64,000 bases of DNA from Tubiluchus corallicola (Eukaryota; Animalia; Priapulida). The notes under the pieces are model-generated. The model saw nothing but the letters and a program-made list of their open reading frames with translations, ran no database searches and was not told the DNA's origin. The position numbers were made by a program, and so were the translations under genes. Location: positions 124,001 through 188,000 of the forward strand of contig JAQGDQ010000354.1 of the NCBI GenBank assembly GCA_030141605.1, written 5' to 3'. Positions 13,201 to 28,200 of the stretch are shown in pieces. Numbering within the stretch: position 1 is the first letter of the stretch; each line of letters opens with the position of its first letter.

Positions 13201-16200
13201 CAGCTTTTAAGCTTCGGTCAAATTCCTGTTGATAAATTTTGTTTTATCTGACACCTACTGGACAGTTTACTACTGCTGGCGCTTTTGAGAAGCTTTAAAA
13301 ATTTTCAAATGTATATAATGAATATCTTCTTTCATAGAGATAAAAATAGGTTTTGAATTTTACAGGGGCAGCGAAAGTTACTAGACAGGCTGACAGTCAA
13401 TGATAAAAGATAACAGTTGTGCATATTATATGCTCACTGTTGAAATTTCACAGTTCACTTTGAAACTCAGCCCTTTGCTGAGTTTTTTTAACTTTCCAAT
13501 GTCAACTTATCTTTGTATTCAGCCTTTCTCAGCTGGTAATTAAAAATTTTTGGGCTGGTAAAATTCTTGCAACTTGTTGACAGCTACACTGACAGAAAGA
13601 TTCTTTGCAGATTTTTTTGCATAAGATAATAAACCTCTGCTGCTTTGCGGTAATATATCTTTGTAGCTTCATCTTTTAACAGTATAGACATACAGGCTTG
13701 TAACCAGCTAATGTAACTTGGATCTAAATTGGATACCAGTAAAAAATTTTGCAGAAAATTTTTAGTGAATATATCATTAAAGTCAGGCAAGAATTTATGT
13801 AGTGTAATAATTAAAAAGGAGAAAACTCTTTTAAACCAAATATGAAAAGTTTTTAAAAAATTGTGAATTTTACAGTAGAATGACATTTTTTTGATATTCT
13901 ATTTGTGTGTTTTAATAACTTGAAAACTGGACAATTGAAGGAACAAACATAGCTTATCCCTGTTGCAGGCACCACATCAAGGAAAATTTTCATTTTGTTT
14001 ATTAAAATTTATAGACAAACAAAGTGACGGTATAAATTTTGTTTTGATAACAAAAAGTTTAATCTAAGCGGAAAATGCAACTTCTCATTCTCCACGTTTT
14101 GTATTCATCCGCCTAAGTAGAAAATAATCCTTACTAAGCATATTAATTAGGTCAAAACACGTCAAATTACTAATTATTGGGAAACTGGCATTTTTAACTA
14201 TAGCTTATTTTTGGCAAACAGCACAAGAAAATTAAATACCAGTGTCTTCAAGCCAAATTAACAAATTTAAAGCCAATTTAACTCTTGCGTAAGAACATTT
14301 CAAGTCACATGAAAATTACACACAAGTTACATCTACAGGGGTGGGTAGAGGTAGTATAACTGTATTACTACATGGGTGGTAATAATTTTTGAGCTAACTA
14401 CTACATTAATAATTATAATCAGCTGCGGAAGTGACTTTGGATTTTGGTGTAAACAAAGCAGCAAAATCTTGGATAAGTGGCAAAAAATTGTTCTGTAAAA
14501 ATGGGCTAACATTCAGTGTTAAACAGTGTATGTAATGCTAAAAAATGCTAAAAAATCAAATTTTAAGTAAGTATTGTGAGTAATCAAAATTTTTATCACT
14601 ATCCATCCTCACAGTAGTGGCATCTTAATCAAGTTATCTTAATTTTACATACTATTAACAAATAATAGTATTTCTATCTTTTATATCATCTCATATATGA
14701 GCTTCATTCATTACATCATTCCATTTTAAGCACTAATGTTCTTTTTTATCATACGATTCACTTAAATTTTCAGATTATTTCCATTACTTTTTTTCTTTCA
14801 CTGTGTGGGACAATCTAACAAGCCCTGCTTTTTGATTGCCTGCAACACATTTACATTCGTATATAAGTGAACAGTGTTTGAGGCTTTTCCTGTGCAGTAT
14901 TTCTTATTTGTATTACGTTCATTGTAGGCCCTTTCACAAGATATTGTACATGAAACTATTGTAAATGTGTAATGTGAAATAAATGACTTATTATATACGT
15001 ACTCATGTGATCATCAAGTTGTGCTTTAGACCAAAGTTTCTATTTAGAAAAACTTTGTGCAAAGTGATCATTAAGTAATTTGAAAAGAGGTAACCTACAG
15101 CTCCAAATATGATGTAGAACAATTCCCCATAACTAACTAATAAGTCACCATTACATGAGGGAGCATCTACCATGCATGTTTGCATGTTTACTGTATCTTG
15201 ATCAAGATTTTCTACAAGTTCATGGCATAAGCTTACAACTAAGCAAAGCACTGGTGTAAGTTTGTTAAAGACTTTACGAGTGTTAACACCATTGCTGCTA
15301 GTGGCACGAGTCATAAACTGCTCGTGACTGTGGACAGTTTTATTCTAGGATCTTTGTCAACAGGAATGTTCCACTCCTAAGGCAAACTTTAAAGCAAAAC
15401 CAGACCCAATCTTAAACTGTAGGTCAAAACAATCTACTCTTTAAAATATTGAAAGGAAACACACTACTTTTTCTAAAATGACTTGCGTGAAAGAATTATT
15501 ACCACACAAACACAATTTCACGTTCGCGCCACTAGTTCTTTGCTGTTACATGCATTTCGCCATTCATTAGTTAGACAGGCACTAGCGCTTGCATTTCGGA
15601 AATGCATTGCACAAAAAAACAGATGCTGTACCTCTCAGTTCAGATGTGTTCGTTTGTGACAAACTGCACAAGTTCGATAGCTCATGCGTGAGCACAGCGG
15701 TAAATTTGAAATTTGAATTTTTATCTTAAAACTTGCCTAGTTTTAGTACAACACGCTGAATATCTTACAGTAGCACTGTACTTCAATTTTTGCTTTCGCA
15801 TGCACATGCAACACGCTCGTGGAATATTTTTGCTGTTGAAAACTGTGTTAGTTTGTGATGTCATCAATAATTGGGCTCATCTGCCATAAACTATTATTTT
15901 AATCTATTTTTAATTATCAGAAATACTTTGGAAGTATTAATTGTGTTAAAAAGTATACTTTTTATCTTTCCAAAATAGACTTGAAAATGGGGACTTGAAA
16001 AAGTAGAAAAAAATCTTCCTGTCTTCCTTTAATAGGTCAAGATTTCTATAGTGAATAAAATAATAAAAATTTAGTTCAAAATTAAAATTATTTGCTGCTG
16101 TAGTCTATACAAAGTCACAGTTTTTGGAGTCAGTTTTGTGAAGAATTAGATCAAATTAGAAAAATAGATCATAGAAATTGGCTTTGTAAGTACATGAAGT

Positions 16201-19200
16201 TAATACGACGTTACTTTCTGTATAAAAACTTATGTTAGAATCTTTGAGCATTTCTATGAATATCCCTGGTAAATAGTAATTAATGTATGGTAGTTATATT
16301 GTTTAAATTTCTCAAATGTGTTGTTTGTTGATGCCATAACTACTGTGTAGGCCACATAAGTGAATGTTTTCAGGGGCGTGTCAAGACTTTACGACTCCCT
16401 AGGCTGACAGTGCTCTCCCGTCCATCTCCATTGTGAATCTATGATTGTTTTTGTAATGGGCTGATGAAGCAATTACTTGTGGTGTATTAGAAGTTTACAC
16501 CATTAACCTAGTGTTTACGTGGTCAGTATTAATTACACGTATTTGCATAACACTTATATTCATGAAGGCTGTGCAGCTGCTTGTTGTGTAATACTTTGCA
16601 CCTCTTCGTTATGTGGTACTTATATAAAAGTTTCGCCCAGTAACTGCCTGTGGTGTGTTATGAAATTCGCCTTTTACATGAATATGAAAGTATACACATT
16701 TTCCGAGGAGAGTAAGAATTTTTTCTAAAATGTGACGCCCCTCAAACTTTGGTGCCCCTAGGCTATGGCCTAGTTAGCCTGTTGGTTACTACGAATCCGG
16801 GTGTTTTAAACTGTTTTCATTCTGTTATTTCTTAAATCGAGAAAGGTGGCATCTGGGGATTTGCAAGCATAATTTACATTGAATATCAACTTACTGAAAA
16901 GAAAAAATACAAAGAATTACTATGTTTTTCATGAACCTGAATGTGCACTATTTTCGTGAATGCCACCAAGCTGTACTGACCAATCAGAATACAGCATTCA
17001 GCTCACACCTACTTCAATGTAACGGATCTCTATGTTACAAGTTCACTCTGGCACGGCGCCTATTTTTAGTGCAGAGCTTTTCGCGCACCTTGAACTGTGT
17101 GAAGCAGTGTAAGAACCTGGATAAATATAGAGTCTTGCTCTTAAACGTGTTTGCGGGTAGTAGTGGTCTGCATTGGTACGTTTTGAGATGAAGCACCCTA
17201 TACACTGTAATGTTGCTTCATTGATGCCCTTGACAAAGTACTCTTTATACTTGACCCAGTTTTTTTTTCAATTCAATTTATTTATCTCTTTATATAGACA
17301 TAGATGTAGACATAGACATAATATCTTTATAGTGTTACAATAAAACATGATTAATAAAAGAATCTCTAATAAATTTTGAAAAATGGTTAAAATGTATAGA
17401 TAGATCTAGAATTAGAGAAAGGATAGCGAAAAGACAATAAAGTCACCTAGTCTGCTATCCTTTACCGAATATAGATAAAATGATTTTTTAGACGCTGGTG
17501 GGCATTAATGTTATCAGTTTAATTTAGGAAACATTAGTAATTTTTAAAATTATGACATTTTCTATATAATCCAGAGAAAAGAATATACATGTAATTTAAT
17601 TAGCGGTCAAAATAAGGTCGGTCTTGATTAAACTAAAAATTGCATTTAGATTTTATGTGAAATACAGGTCAAAATTGTTATGAAATGATAAAAACACTTT
17701 GGGTTAATAATGCTAATAATAACCCAGTCGAAGCTGTCCAAATGAGAGCTTTCAATATGTTACTGGAACTAATGAACTTGTCGTATGAAAGTCAGTTAAA
17801 ACAAATAGGTTTAACTACATTAGCTTTTAGACGTTTACGTGGCCAGCTAATTGATGTATACAAATATGTATCTGAAGTTTACAGCTGTGATGATTGTCCT
17901 GTTAAATTAGAAGTACTTCGCACAGCAAGATCAGGTCCTATTCTTCATAAATCAAGAACTACACACAAAACTGGTAAATACGACTATTTTTCTTATACGA
18001 TGCCAGAAATCTGGAATAGATTGCCCCGTGATGTGAGAACATCTGTAAATTCATTTAAATCAAAATTAGATAGACGCTATGAACATCATCCATTGAAATT
18101 TAATCACCGTGCTAATTGGAACATGCCTATGACAAGGATGCTGGATTATATATTATAGTGAGAAAACCTGTCAGTGGAGTCACCTAGGTGTTGATGACAA
18201 TCTATTGTATGTGCAATTTGTCGCAATTACAGTTGAAGAACTATTTGTCTCAAAAGCTATATTATAACTACTGGAAATTTACTACTACTATAAACTGCTA
18301 CTACTTAGAGTATAACAGGAGAGACAGTATTATCTTTACTAGCATATATTACCACAATTTTGTGTTATTGTTGTATAAATTATAGCACATTATCTTGTAT
18401 ATTACGTGTATAATTTACCTATTGTACATTGTATTATTATATTCTATACTATTCTGCGAGAAATGCTTGGTTTCCGTCACTCGCTCGAGGGCCCCTCTGG
18501 GGGATCTTAGAGATCCATAGTTAACTCTTCATTTCTGACTTCGGTTCATGACGGGCTGGCAACCCTAGTGACATGTGATCTTAGGATTCGCATCAGTCAT
18601 TGTACTTTTTATATATAAAAAGAGTAATATGTATTGCATTTTGCATGTGATCATGGGTAAGTTTTGCTTTGAAAATTTTCAGCAGCTAAAATTCACTCAC
18701 ATGCTGTTCGATTTTAGTCACAAATTTAAGAAATAAGCGATGTGTTCATCACTTTTGATAAATTTGGATTATTTGGATTTTTTTGTACATTTTTTGATAA
18801 CTCACATTCATTCACCATTGTTTTGTTTACATTTTACTTTCATTACTTTGTAGTTAGAAGCGTATTTATCAATAGGTTAACTAAGCCATAGCCTAGGGGC
18901 ACCAACAATTGAGGGGCTTCACGTTATAGAAGAAAATCTTATTCTCCTCGGAAAATGTGTATACTTTCATATTCATGTAAAGTGCGTATTTTGTAACACG
19001 CCACAGGCAGTTATTGAGCTCATTTTCTATATAAGTGCCACATAACGAACAGGTACAAGGTATTACACAACAAGCAGCTGCGCACCTGCTTGCAAATACA
19101 CGTAATTAAAAACTAGGTTAATAGTGTAAACTTCTAATACACCACAAGTAATTGTCTAATCCCGTCATTACATAAGCAACCATAAATTCACAATAGAGGT

Positions 19201-22200
19201 GGGCGGGACAGCAGTATCAGCCTAGGGTGTCGTAAAGTGTACATGCAACCCTGATTGTAATAATATTTTTGCAAACAGGTGAAAAAATAAACAAATTCTT
19301 TCTTCTTGCTTCAGGAGGTCTTACTGGTGGCATAGAAATCTGCATCACATTTCCTACAGAATATGTAAAAACACAGCTGCAGCTAGACGAGAAATCAGCA
19401 AAGCCACGTTATACGGGTATTTTTGACTGCGTAAAGAAAACGGTCGGTCGTCATGGTGTTAAGGGACTATACAAAGGCCTGAGTGTCCTTATCTATGGCT
19501 CGGTGCCCAAATCAGCTGTTAGGTTTGTACATCTATGACTTGTCATGGTCATTGACAGTGTTTAGAGTAGACTCCATGATATTAAAGCAAAGCCAGACCC
19601 AGTCATAAACTGTATGTCAAAGCAACTTACTCTTCAAAATATTGAAAAGAAATGCATTCCCACCCTGCATTCTGTAAACATACTGAAAAGTATAACGATA
19701 ATAATAGGTTAAGTTAATTTGTATAATAGATTGCTATAATAGTATGGATAATGGATATACTATACTTACTATAAATATACTATAATGTATCAGACAGTGC
19801 TTTTCTAAGGCTTGCCATGGTCATAAGCATAGAGGAAGTCAAAATGTTCATTAGAGCAAAACTGTACCCAATCCTAAACTGTAGGTCAAAACAATCTGTT
19901 CTTTAAAATATTGAAAGGAAACATACTATTTTTTTCAAAAATGACTTACGTGAAAGAATTATCCAGACAAACACAAATTCACATTCGCGTCGCTAGTTTG
20001 CTATCTTACAGTGGCACTGTACTTCAATTTTCACTTTTGCTAACACGTGCAACACGCTTGTGGAACATTTTTGCTGTTTAAAATTATGTTACTTTGTGAT
20101 GTCACCAATAGTTGGGCTGGCTCGCCGTTTATTAAATTTTTAATCTATTATTTAATTATCAGAAACACATTTGCAGTATTAATCATGTTAAAATGTATAT
20201 TTTATTAGACTTGAAAATGGGTTAGGGTACAAAAAATCATCCTCTCTTCCTTCAAGCTTACTGTATTATTGAAAGAACCAACCTTCGTTAAAAATTTTAA
20301 AACATAAATATCAAAAACGCGACAAGCGATTTGACTGCAAAATCTAGCAGTCATCTTCAGTGTGACAGAGTTTACAGACAACAACGTGGATTAAACGCCT
20401 CCTCTGCTCATCAAATGATGTGGCTTTAATCGTAATCAGAAAGCCTTATTTGTCTTGTATGCATCACTTGCAAAATAGCATTATTTTAAATGTGAATGTC
20501 ACCATTGTGATGCCTCTTCTAAGAGAAAGTGTGATTTAATAAAGATGTAAGTTAAATTTTTATTTAATACAAACAGCAATTGTTCTATTTGTTATATTCA
20601 ATTTCAGTGGCGGCCCGTGTATAGGTATTGTGGAACTGCAGCGCTCCTATTTTCAGAAAGATAATATCTTTATACTTGTACAGAACTAGAGCACGTGGGG
20701 GTAATAATGTTTGCTTCACAGTCCACCACTGTACCCCCAGCAACGTGGTGTTTGGCTGTTGTGCACATGCGGCCATGTGCACACGTCTGAGCCCAGGTAG
20801 AGAAAGTACTGTCGCTCACACAGTTTCTTGGCAGTTGTCACGTACTTAAACCGCTTGAACTGCGACAATTTAGGTTATTAGTAAGCAAATAATATTTTTT
20901 TAGGATTTTATCAAGTTTATATATAAACTTTCATATGTTTGTTTGTTTAAAATTACAATTACAAATTGCAACAGTAAAATTACACGTTTGCTTCATTTTA
21001 CACAGTATTAAAACAATGACTAAACATTTTCTGAAGCAGCACCTCCACTAATTTTAGCTACGAGCCGCCACTGCATGGACCATGACTTATTTTACATAAA
21101 AGATTTTTCCTGTCATTTCAGGTTCGGCACGTTCGAGAAACTTAAATCTGCTGCTGTAGATGAAAAGGGCAACTTACAGCCTATAATGAGATTATTATGT
21201 GGCTTAGGAGCCGGTATATCGGAAGCCATCTTTGCCGTTACACCTATGGAGACTGTAAAGGCAGGTCAACCATATCATTTATTCATTTTTAGTGGGTTAC
21301 ATATATATCTACGTTGGTGATTGGTGATGAATAGATTAATTGAACTGATCTCAATTACAACCATGGATAGATCAATATAATAGAATAGCAATTCAGTTAA
21401 TCGAGATTCATCAAGAGCAAAATATACGAGTTACACGCTGATAAAAAGACGGTATTTTGGCACAATCTTTGCATTTTTCTCTTCATTTTTCTCACCTTAC
21501 ACGATGCGCGCAATTGCAAACCTCAGTGTTGCAAACTGGATGCTTCAAATTTATTAGCGCTTGCCTGTCGTGTCGTGATGTAGTCATAGAGCAGTTAACA
21601 AAAAAGTGACGCGTGTATTTTGCAATTTGATTCAGTTCCCTATTTGAAAATTTATTTAAATTTCTGTTTGGCTAGCTTACTTTTCACTTCATTTAATTTG
21701 TTTTTTATTATTTTTTATTTCATATTATTGTATTATTTTGCATGTTTTTCTCATTTTGAGTTATACATGGACGATATGACAGCTTGAATTTTCATCATTT
21801 TTATATTCATTTGTACCACAGTATTTGGCTTTTACTTACCATTGCTTTTTCTTCATCATTTTCCGGTATGTTTACATATTTTTTATTGCATTTTCATCCT
21901 TCAGTTATTTAAAGTTGATTAGTGAATTTTAAACAGATCAAGTTGCTAAGTAAAATAGTAATAATGTAATTTCACTACTATTCATGAGTGAAATAGCTAC
22001 AGTGTCATCCCAATAATTACATACATACATTGAAGGATGGCTTGACTAGTTGACCGTCTAGGTTGTTGTTTGCAAATATAGTTTATTGAGTACAAAAATA
22101 GCAGACAGCGACAAAAGCCCTGAAGAACTTTATAGGTTATATTTCACTGCAACCGTAGATAGATTTGGCTAAAATACTAAAAATTGTCACAAAAGATTAA

Positions 22201-25200
22201 TCACGGTTATCGAATTACAAGAACGAGATATAATCGAACTACAAAATTTCATAATTACCCTTCATTAGTCTATGTCCACTTCTTTCTACTTACTTTACTT
22301 TATTTAGCTTTGTGTATTTCTGCTGTTGCATTTAATGCAATCTTTTTCGTTGTGTGTAAAAAGTCGCTAATTTTACCATTTACATACGTTTGTCAGCAAT
22401 AAATGTAGATCTTAACAGAGAAAAATGTAATGTGTTTTATAGTCTCAAAGATCATAATATTTATTCAGAAGTTTTTGCCGTAATGGTCCTCATCGGGTGC
22501 TGAATAGAAAGTGCCGGTAACTGCAATACTAGATAGGTTATTGGGCTACCAACAGTGCTAATGTTTTTCACTAGTTTCTTATTATTATTAATTAATATTC
22601 CTTTTTCAACTGACTTAGTTGAGTGCATCTGCCTTTTCTGCACATACTGTGCGGTTTAGTCTAGTGGTAACGGGTCCGCTTTCAGCCTTGGAAGATCGTG
22701 AGTTCGGTACAGCGGCCATGTCGTACCAAAGTCTTTCAAAATGGCACCTGCTGTTGCCCTGCGTGGCACGTGGTATTTAGGGTAAAAGTAGGATAACAAT
22801 AGTCTCTGTTATGTAGTTGTAGATTGTTATTTACAGTCGGTCCAAAAACTCTTTGAGCTAATGTTAATTGTTCAGCCAAAAATCCAACTTTAAATAAAGA
22901 ATGTTGTCGTTGTTGCTGTTACGTGGCTGTTTGTTTCATGCTCTGAAATTTATTTCCTTTACAGGTTAAATTTATCCACGACCAGAATAGTCCGTCTCCA
23001 AAATATAGAGGTTTCTTCCATGGTGTTAGGGAAATTGTGCGAACTCAAGGTAAAACCATGAAAAGTATTGTTTTTAGAAGTTGCATCAAATTCAAAAAGT
23101 ATGATTTTCCCTATATGAAGTGGCAGTATTGTAACGATCAGGGCTGTGGAGTCGGTTCATTAAGCTCCTGAATCCAGCTCCGACTCCTAGAATTTTAGAT
23201 CCAACTCCGACTCATAAAATTTTAGATCCAACTCTGACTCCTAAACTTTTAGATCCAACTCTGACTCCTAAACTTTTAGATCCAACTCTGACTCCGACTC
23301 CTGCCTTTAACTAATAGTTTGTAGTACTTTCAATATTTAGCGGCAGTGGCATTTCATTACTACTGCTTATGCTCGAAAAACAGTCCAGCTGCATGGACAC
23401 CAATATGAAAGCTTCCCAAAATGGGACGTTATGCATAAATGCATTAAAAGTAACTGGAGTTTGAAATTGTCAATTTTTTAGCGACTCGAACACGGACTCC
23501 TCTAACAGTAAGTGTACTCCCGAGTCCTGACTCCGTTTCCAAAACCCTAAGTTTTAACAACTCCGAGACAGACTCTTTTAGCAATAAATTTACTGCCGAC
23601 TCCGACTGTACGACTCCGATACCGACTCCACAGCCCTGGTAGTGAATGTGTAAAGTGGCTATAGCAACTATAATGTAAGTATATTTTAGGTATACGGGGT
23701 ACATATCAGGGTGTAGTGCCAACAATGATGAAACAAGGAAGCAATCAGGCCATGCGGTTCTTTGTAATGGAAACACTAAAAGACTGGTACCGGGGCGGTG
23801 ACCCTAAAAAACCAGTACCGAAAGCGGCAGTTGGCTTGTTTGGTGCCGTAGCTGGAGCCGTTTCTGTATTTGGCAATAACCCATTAGATGTTGTGAAAAC
23901 TCGATTGCAGGTATGTAGTTACGCCTTGCAAACACATTTTTTAAGTTGAAAATAAAATACTTAAAATATTTGCTTACATAAAATCTCAAAACTGGTTCTT
24001 TGTGCCATAGTATGTCTGTTAATGCAAGACGGTTATAAACAATGGTATGTCTGTTAATGCAAGGCGGTTATAAACAATGGTATGTCTGTTAATGCAAGAC
24101 GGTTATAAACAATGGTATGTCTGTTAATGCAAGACGGTTGTAAACAATGGTATGTCTGTTAATGCAAGACGGTTATAAACAATGGTATATCTGTTAATGC
24201 AAGGTGGTTATAAACAATGGTATGTCTGTTAATACAAGACGGTTATAAACAATGGTATGTCTGTTAATGCAAGACGGTTATAAACAATAGTATGTCTGTT
24301 ACAATGGTATGTCGGTTAAGTCAAGACGGTTATAAACAATGGTATGTCTGTTAATGCAAGATGGTTATAAACAATATATAATTTTGTATTTGTTTATACA
24401 ATATGCACACAGCACTGCATCATATTAGCAATTCTGTACGGAAGGATAATCCAAATCTAATTTGTGACTTTAAAACTCGAATGAAATCGAATTTCACATT
24501 TACAAATTCCAATACAGTTTAAAGATTTTTGAATCCGTCATAAAATGCGGTCAAATTCGAATCGAATTGAACTTGCGACTTTCAAACTCGAATCGAACCG
24601 AATTTAGAATCAAAATGAAATTCCAGTTCACTTTTAAAAATTTATGAATCGTTAATTAAAAGCGGTTTCACAAAGATCATTCATATCACTCGATTTTATT
24701 TTGCACTAAAAGCGCTAATAATTTGTTCAAAATTATGCACAGAAATTGCAGCCAAATTGTGCTGATTGCATGATGTTTCAAACATTTTTCAGATAAAGAA
24801 CTTATGCAGTTCAAGTGCGTAATTATTCAGATCTATAATTTCAGGTTCAAACTAAAAAACTCGTTAGGAGTTCAAATGTTCAAAATCCAACGTCCGATGT
24901 TCACCCCTAATGAGCACTTCTTCAAATTTTGCTCTGATTAACATTTGATTAATTTCTAGATATTTACATTGTCTATGACCTTTTAGAAAAGTTTAGAAAA
25001 CAACCGATTTTTGCATCACAATTCAAGATCATGAAAATTTGTAAATTTGACAATAATATGTCTGTTATGCTAATTGTAAACTAAGGTAAACGAATTAAAA
25101 ATACCATGACTAAGCAGACAAAGCTGGACATCACTTGTAATTACGTTTCTTGAACCCAGTTTACTTCTATATCCTATGAACCTTACTGCTGTTTTTGTTA

Positions 25201-28200
25201 GGAACTTTTCTTGGGCAAATTTGGGTAAATTATGCAGCTCTGTCATTTGAAAATTGTTTTTTAATTGCACAAAACAGCGTGGAGAACATATTATGTCCAC
25301 ATTGCCTAATCATAGCTAGATTCTTCATTTAATGTCATGAAATCGGGGAGAGTACAGGGATGAGAATTTTCTGCTGATACGCGGAATTCCGAGTTTTTGG
25401 AAGACCAGTAGTGCCATTTTTGTAAATCGCGTAAATTCGTTGAGAAAATTTGTCGGAGTTGAACCTCGTTTTCGTCGAAATCTTAACCGAAACTTTCAGT
25501 AGCATTTTTTTGAGGTAATCCAGCTTACCATATCTCCTAGATGTTAAAAATCACTGAAAAATTTTGGCTAAATTTGTTCAAATAAAGCGTAAATATCGTG
25601 TATTTGATAATCTGTACGATTTGTAGCATGCCTTTTACGGCAATGCAGCATATCTTCATTGCTGACAAATTTGAAGCTTTGAGGCCTCCAGACACAAAAC
25701 AACCGAAATACCAAAGCGCTAATTTGAATATAACCAAGTTTAATTTTTATAATTTATGAAATATAGGCAACAAAAGACATACAAAATAAAATTTGTTAAT
25801 TTTTTGAAGCTTCATGATCATATGTTTCATGTATCCTTGATAATTGGGTATTTTAAATTATGCATGAAACAAGGTAATTGATATTTTAAGTCCACTGCGA
25901 GGCTCTCTACGGTCACAGAATTGCAATTGGGTGGCCCCCAAACCCCCGGCCTGTTTCAGAGTTTTTTGCAATTTGTCATTCTCATCCCTGGGAGAGTTTT
26001 CCAGTGTTACTGGAAGCTAAACTGCATTTGGGTTTCTGCTGCAAGCAAAACTTACCGAAAATTTGCTATGGACTGTTTTTGTGATTTTGTTGCAAAAAAA
26101 CTGATGAACCAGGCTGGAATTGTTGTAATCTTTATTTTATGTCAACAGGGTTTAGAAGCGCACAAATACAATGGTACTCTTGACTGCATAATGAAAATCA
26201 CGAGAAATGAGGGACTAGCAGCGTAAGTTGTAATAAATCACAAAAAATAAGCAACATTATAAGATTTAGCGTACTGTTGCGTTTTGTTTCTCTCAGAAGG
26301 CTCGTAGAGAAAACCAGAAAACACATCATCAAATTAAACTAGTTTATTAAGCGAGAATTCTACAACACAAAAGTATGAAGGAACGCGAAATGATTACACT
26401 AAATGTGAAAATCTGGAAAACGTTTAAGTGTATCTGAAAATACAAGTATACAAGAGAATGTGTAAGTGGTGTCCGTGCGAATCTGCGTGTGCTCCCGTCT
26501 CAGCGGCCTGCTTCGCCTTATATAGGGTGCCCGAGAAGCTTCTAGAAGTTTTGTTCCAGAACATTCTACACGGTAAGACGATTATTCTAACGGAACATTC
26601 TACAATGTTCTATTTAATTCTAACAGATGCCAGCGATCTCCACAAGACGTAGAGTGTTATACAGTAAACTCCACATAACTCAAATCCAACCAGACCGTAA
26701 AAACTTTGAGTTAGGCGATATTTGCCATCTTCCAGCACAAAAACTTAAACATCTCCTCCAGATGGCGAGCTAAACAGAAGGCAGAAAGTCTATCCTTCTA
26801 AATACAAACGACGAGATTTGATGAGAATTACATAAAGAATGACAAGTTATGTAGTGAAACACGATTTTTTTATGTTACAAAAGGCTTGTAAGACATCAGA
26901 ATTTTCCCGGAGACAATACTGTTTTTTGAGTTGTACGAAAATTTTTATTTTTCTAGAGTATGAATTGCATTTTTGAGTTAGGCGAAGTAAATTACCGTAT
27001 ATACTCGCATATAAGCCGAATTTAGAACTATAAAATACAATACTGAAATCAGGGGGTCGACTTATATGCGCATGAAACAAAATGAACACAAGGACAGACA
27101 CTAATGCCAATTTTCCAGCCACACATTTTCATCGCTATCTGACTCTTTATTTGGTTGTGTGTCACCAGTGGTGTATTGGAGGGGAATCGCCGGCCACCCA
27201 CTTTTTTTTAGAAAAAATTCACATTTCAATAAATGTCTGCTTTTTGTATTCATTAGATAAAAAATATTAAAAATGTATAAATATATGTGACAAAAAGGGA
27301 TCAATTTTGTTGATTGGGTATGGAGTAAAATTAGACAAGTTGATGGTCGGCTTATATGCGAGTATATACGGTACATGTATTTTGATTAAATGAACCATAA
27401 TTTTTTATTTGAGTTAGACGGAATTATAAGTTAAGTTTGTGTAGAAAAACAAACGATTTCACACGTTCCGCTGAAATTCCTTGAAATAGGCGAAAATTTG
27501 AGTTACGCGGAGTTTACTGTACGACTAAATCACTGTTCCTCACTCTATGTTATTTCTAAGCTGAGATAATCCACGTTGAAAATGACGTGCAGGCTATGCA
27601 CTGAAAAACATAATTTTGAGAAAATCTCTGTTAAATGTTGGTTGCTACAGACTTTGCAAGAATGCATTGACCAATACATTTAGCATTTGTTTTTATAAAA
27701 AAACAGGAAACTGACATTTGATCAAATTTTTAGTGCATTCTACTTTGAAGCTTTCTAGTTTTAATTACGCTGACTTATGAGCAATTTTGGTTTGCAAGCA
27801 CAAAGTTATGGTAAGGCGAAAACAGTCACTCAGTGTGCAAACAAAAACCATTCAATTTTTCTGGAGTAGAATGTAATTATATCATACCTAGCCACGTAAA
27901 TCACAGGGATGAGAATTTTCCGCGGATAAGCAGAATTCCGAGTTTTTGGAAGACCAGTAGTGGCATTTTTGTAAATCGCGTAAATTCGTTGAGAAAATTT
28001 TTACGGACCCAGTACATTATTTCACAAGCTGACCGCTGGTTGGCAGGCCGTCACTTTGTTTACATCACGTACATCAGTATAACCACATGTATAAGAACGT
28101 AGAATCAATTGTACGGAGTTATTTGAGTCAATTGCCGACAGTTTTATATACTATTGCATAGGAGCGGCCAGTACTTAGGCGTTTTTGAGAAAATTAGGTA

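Noticed and set aside
13230-15380. ORFs 13584-13886 and 15003-15314 in SLC25A1 intron 1 as a nested gene
   Set aside because: No recognisable homology or exon chain, and they are interleaved with LINE-tail and MITE debris.
24008-24375. 35-bp repeat array resembling a CRISPR repeat in length
   Set aside because: The units are contiguous with no unique spacers, there are no cas genes, and the array lies in a eukaryotic intron.
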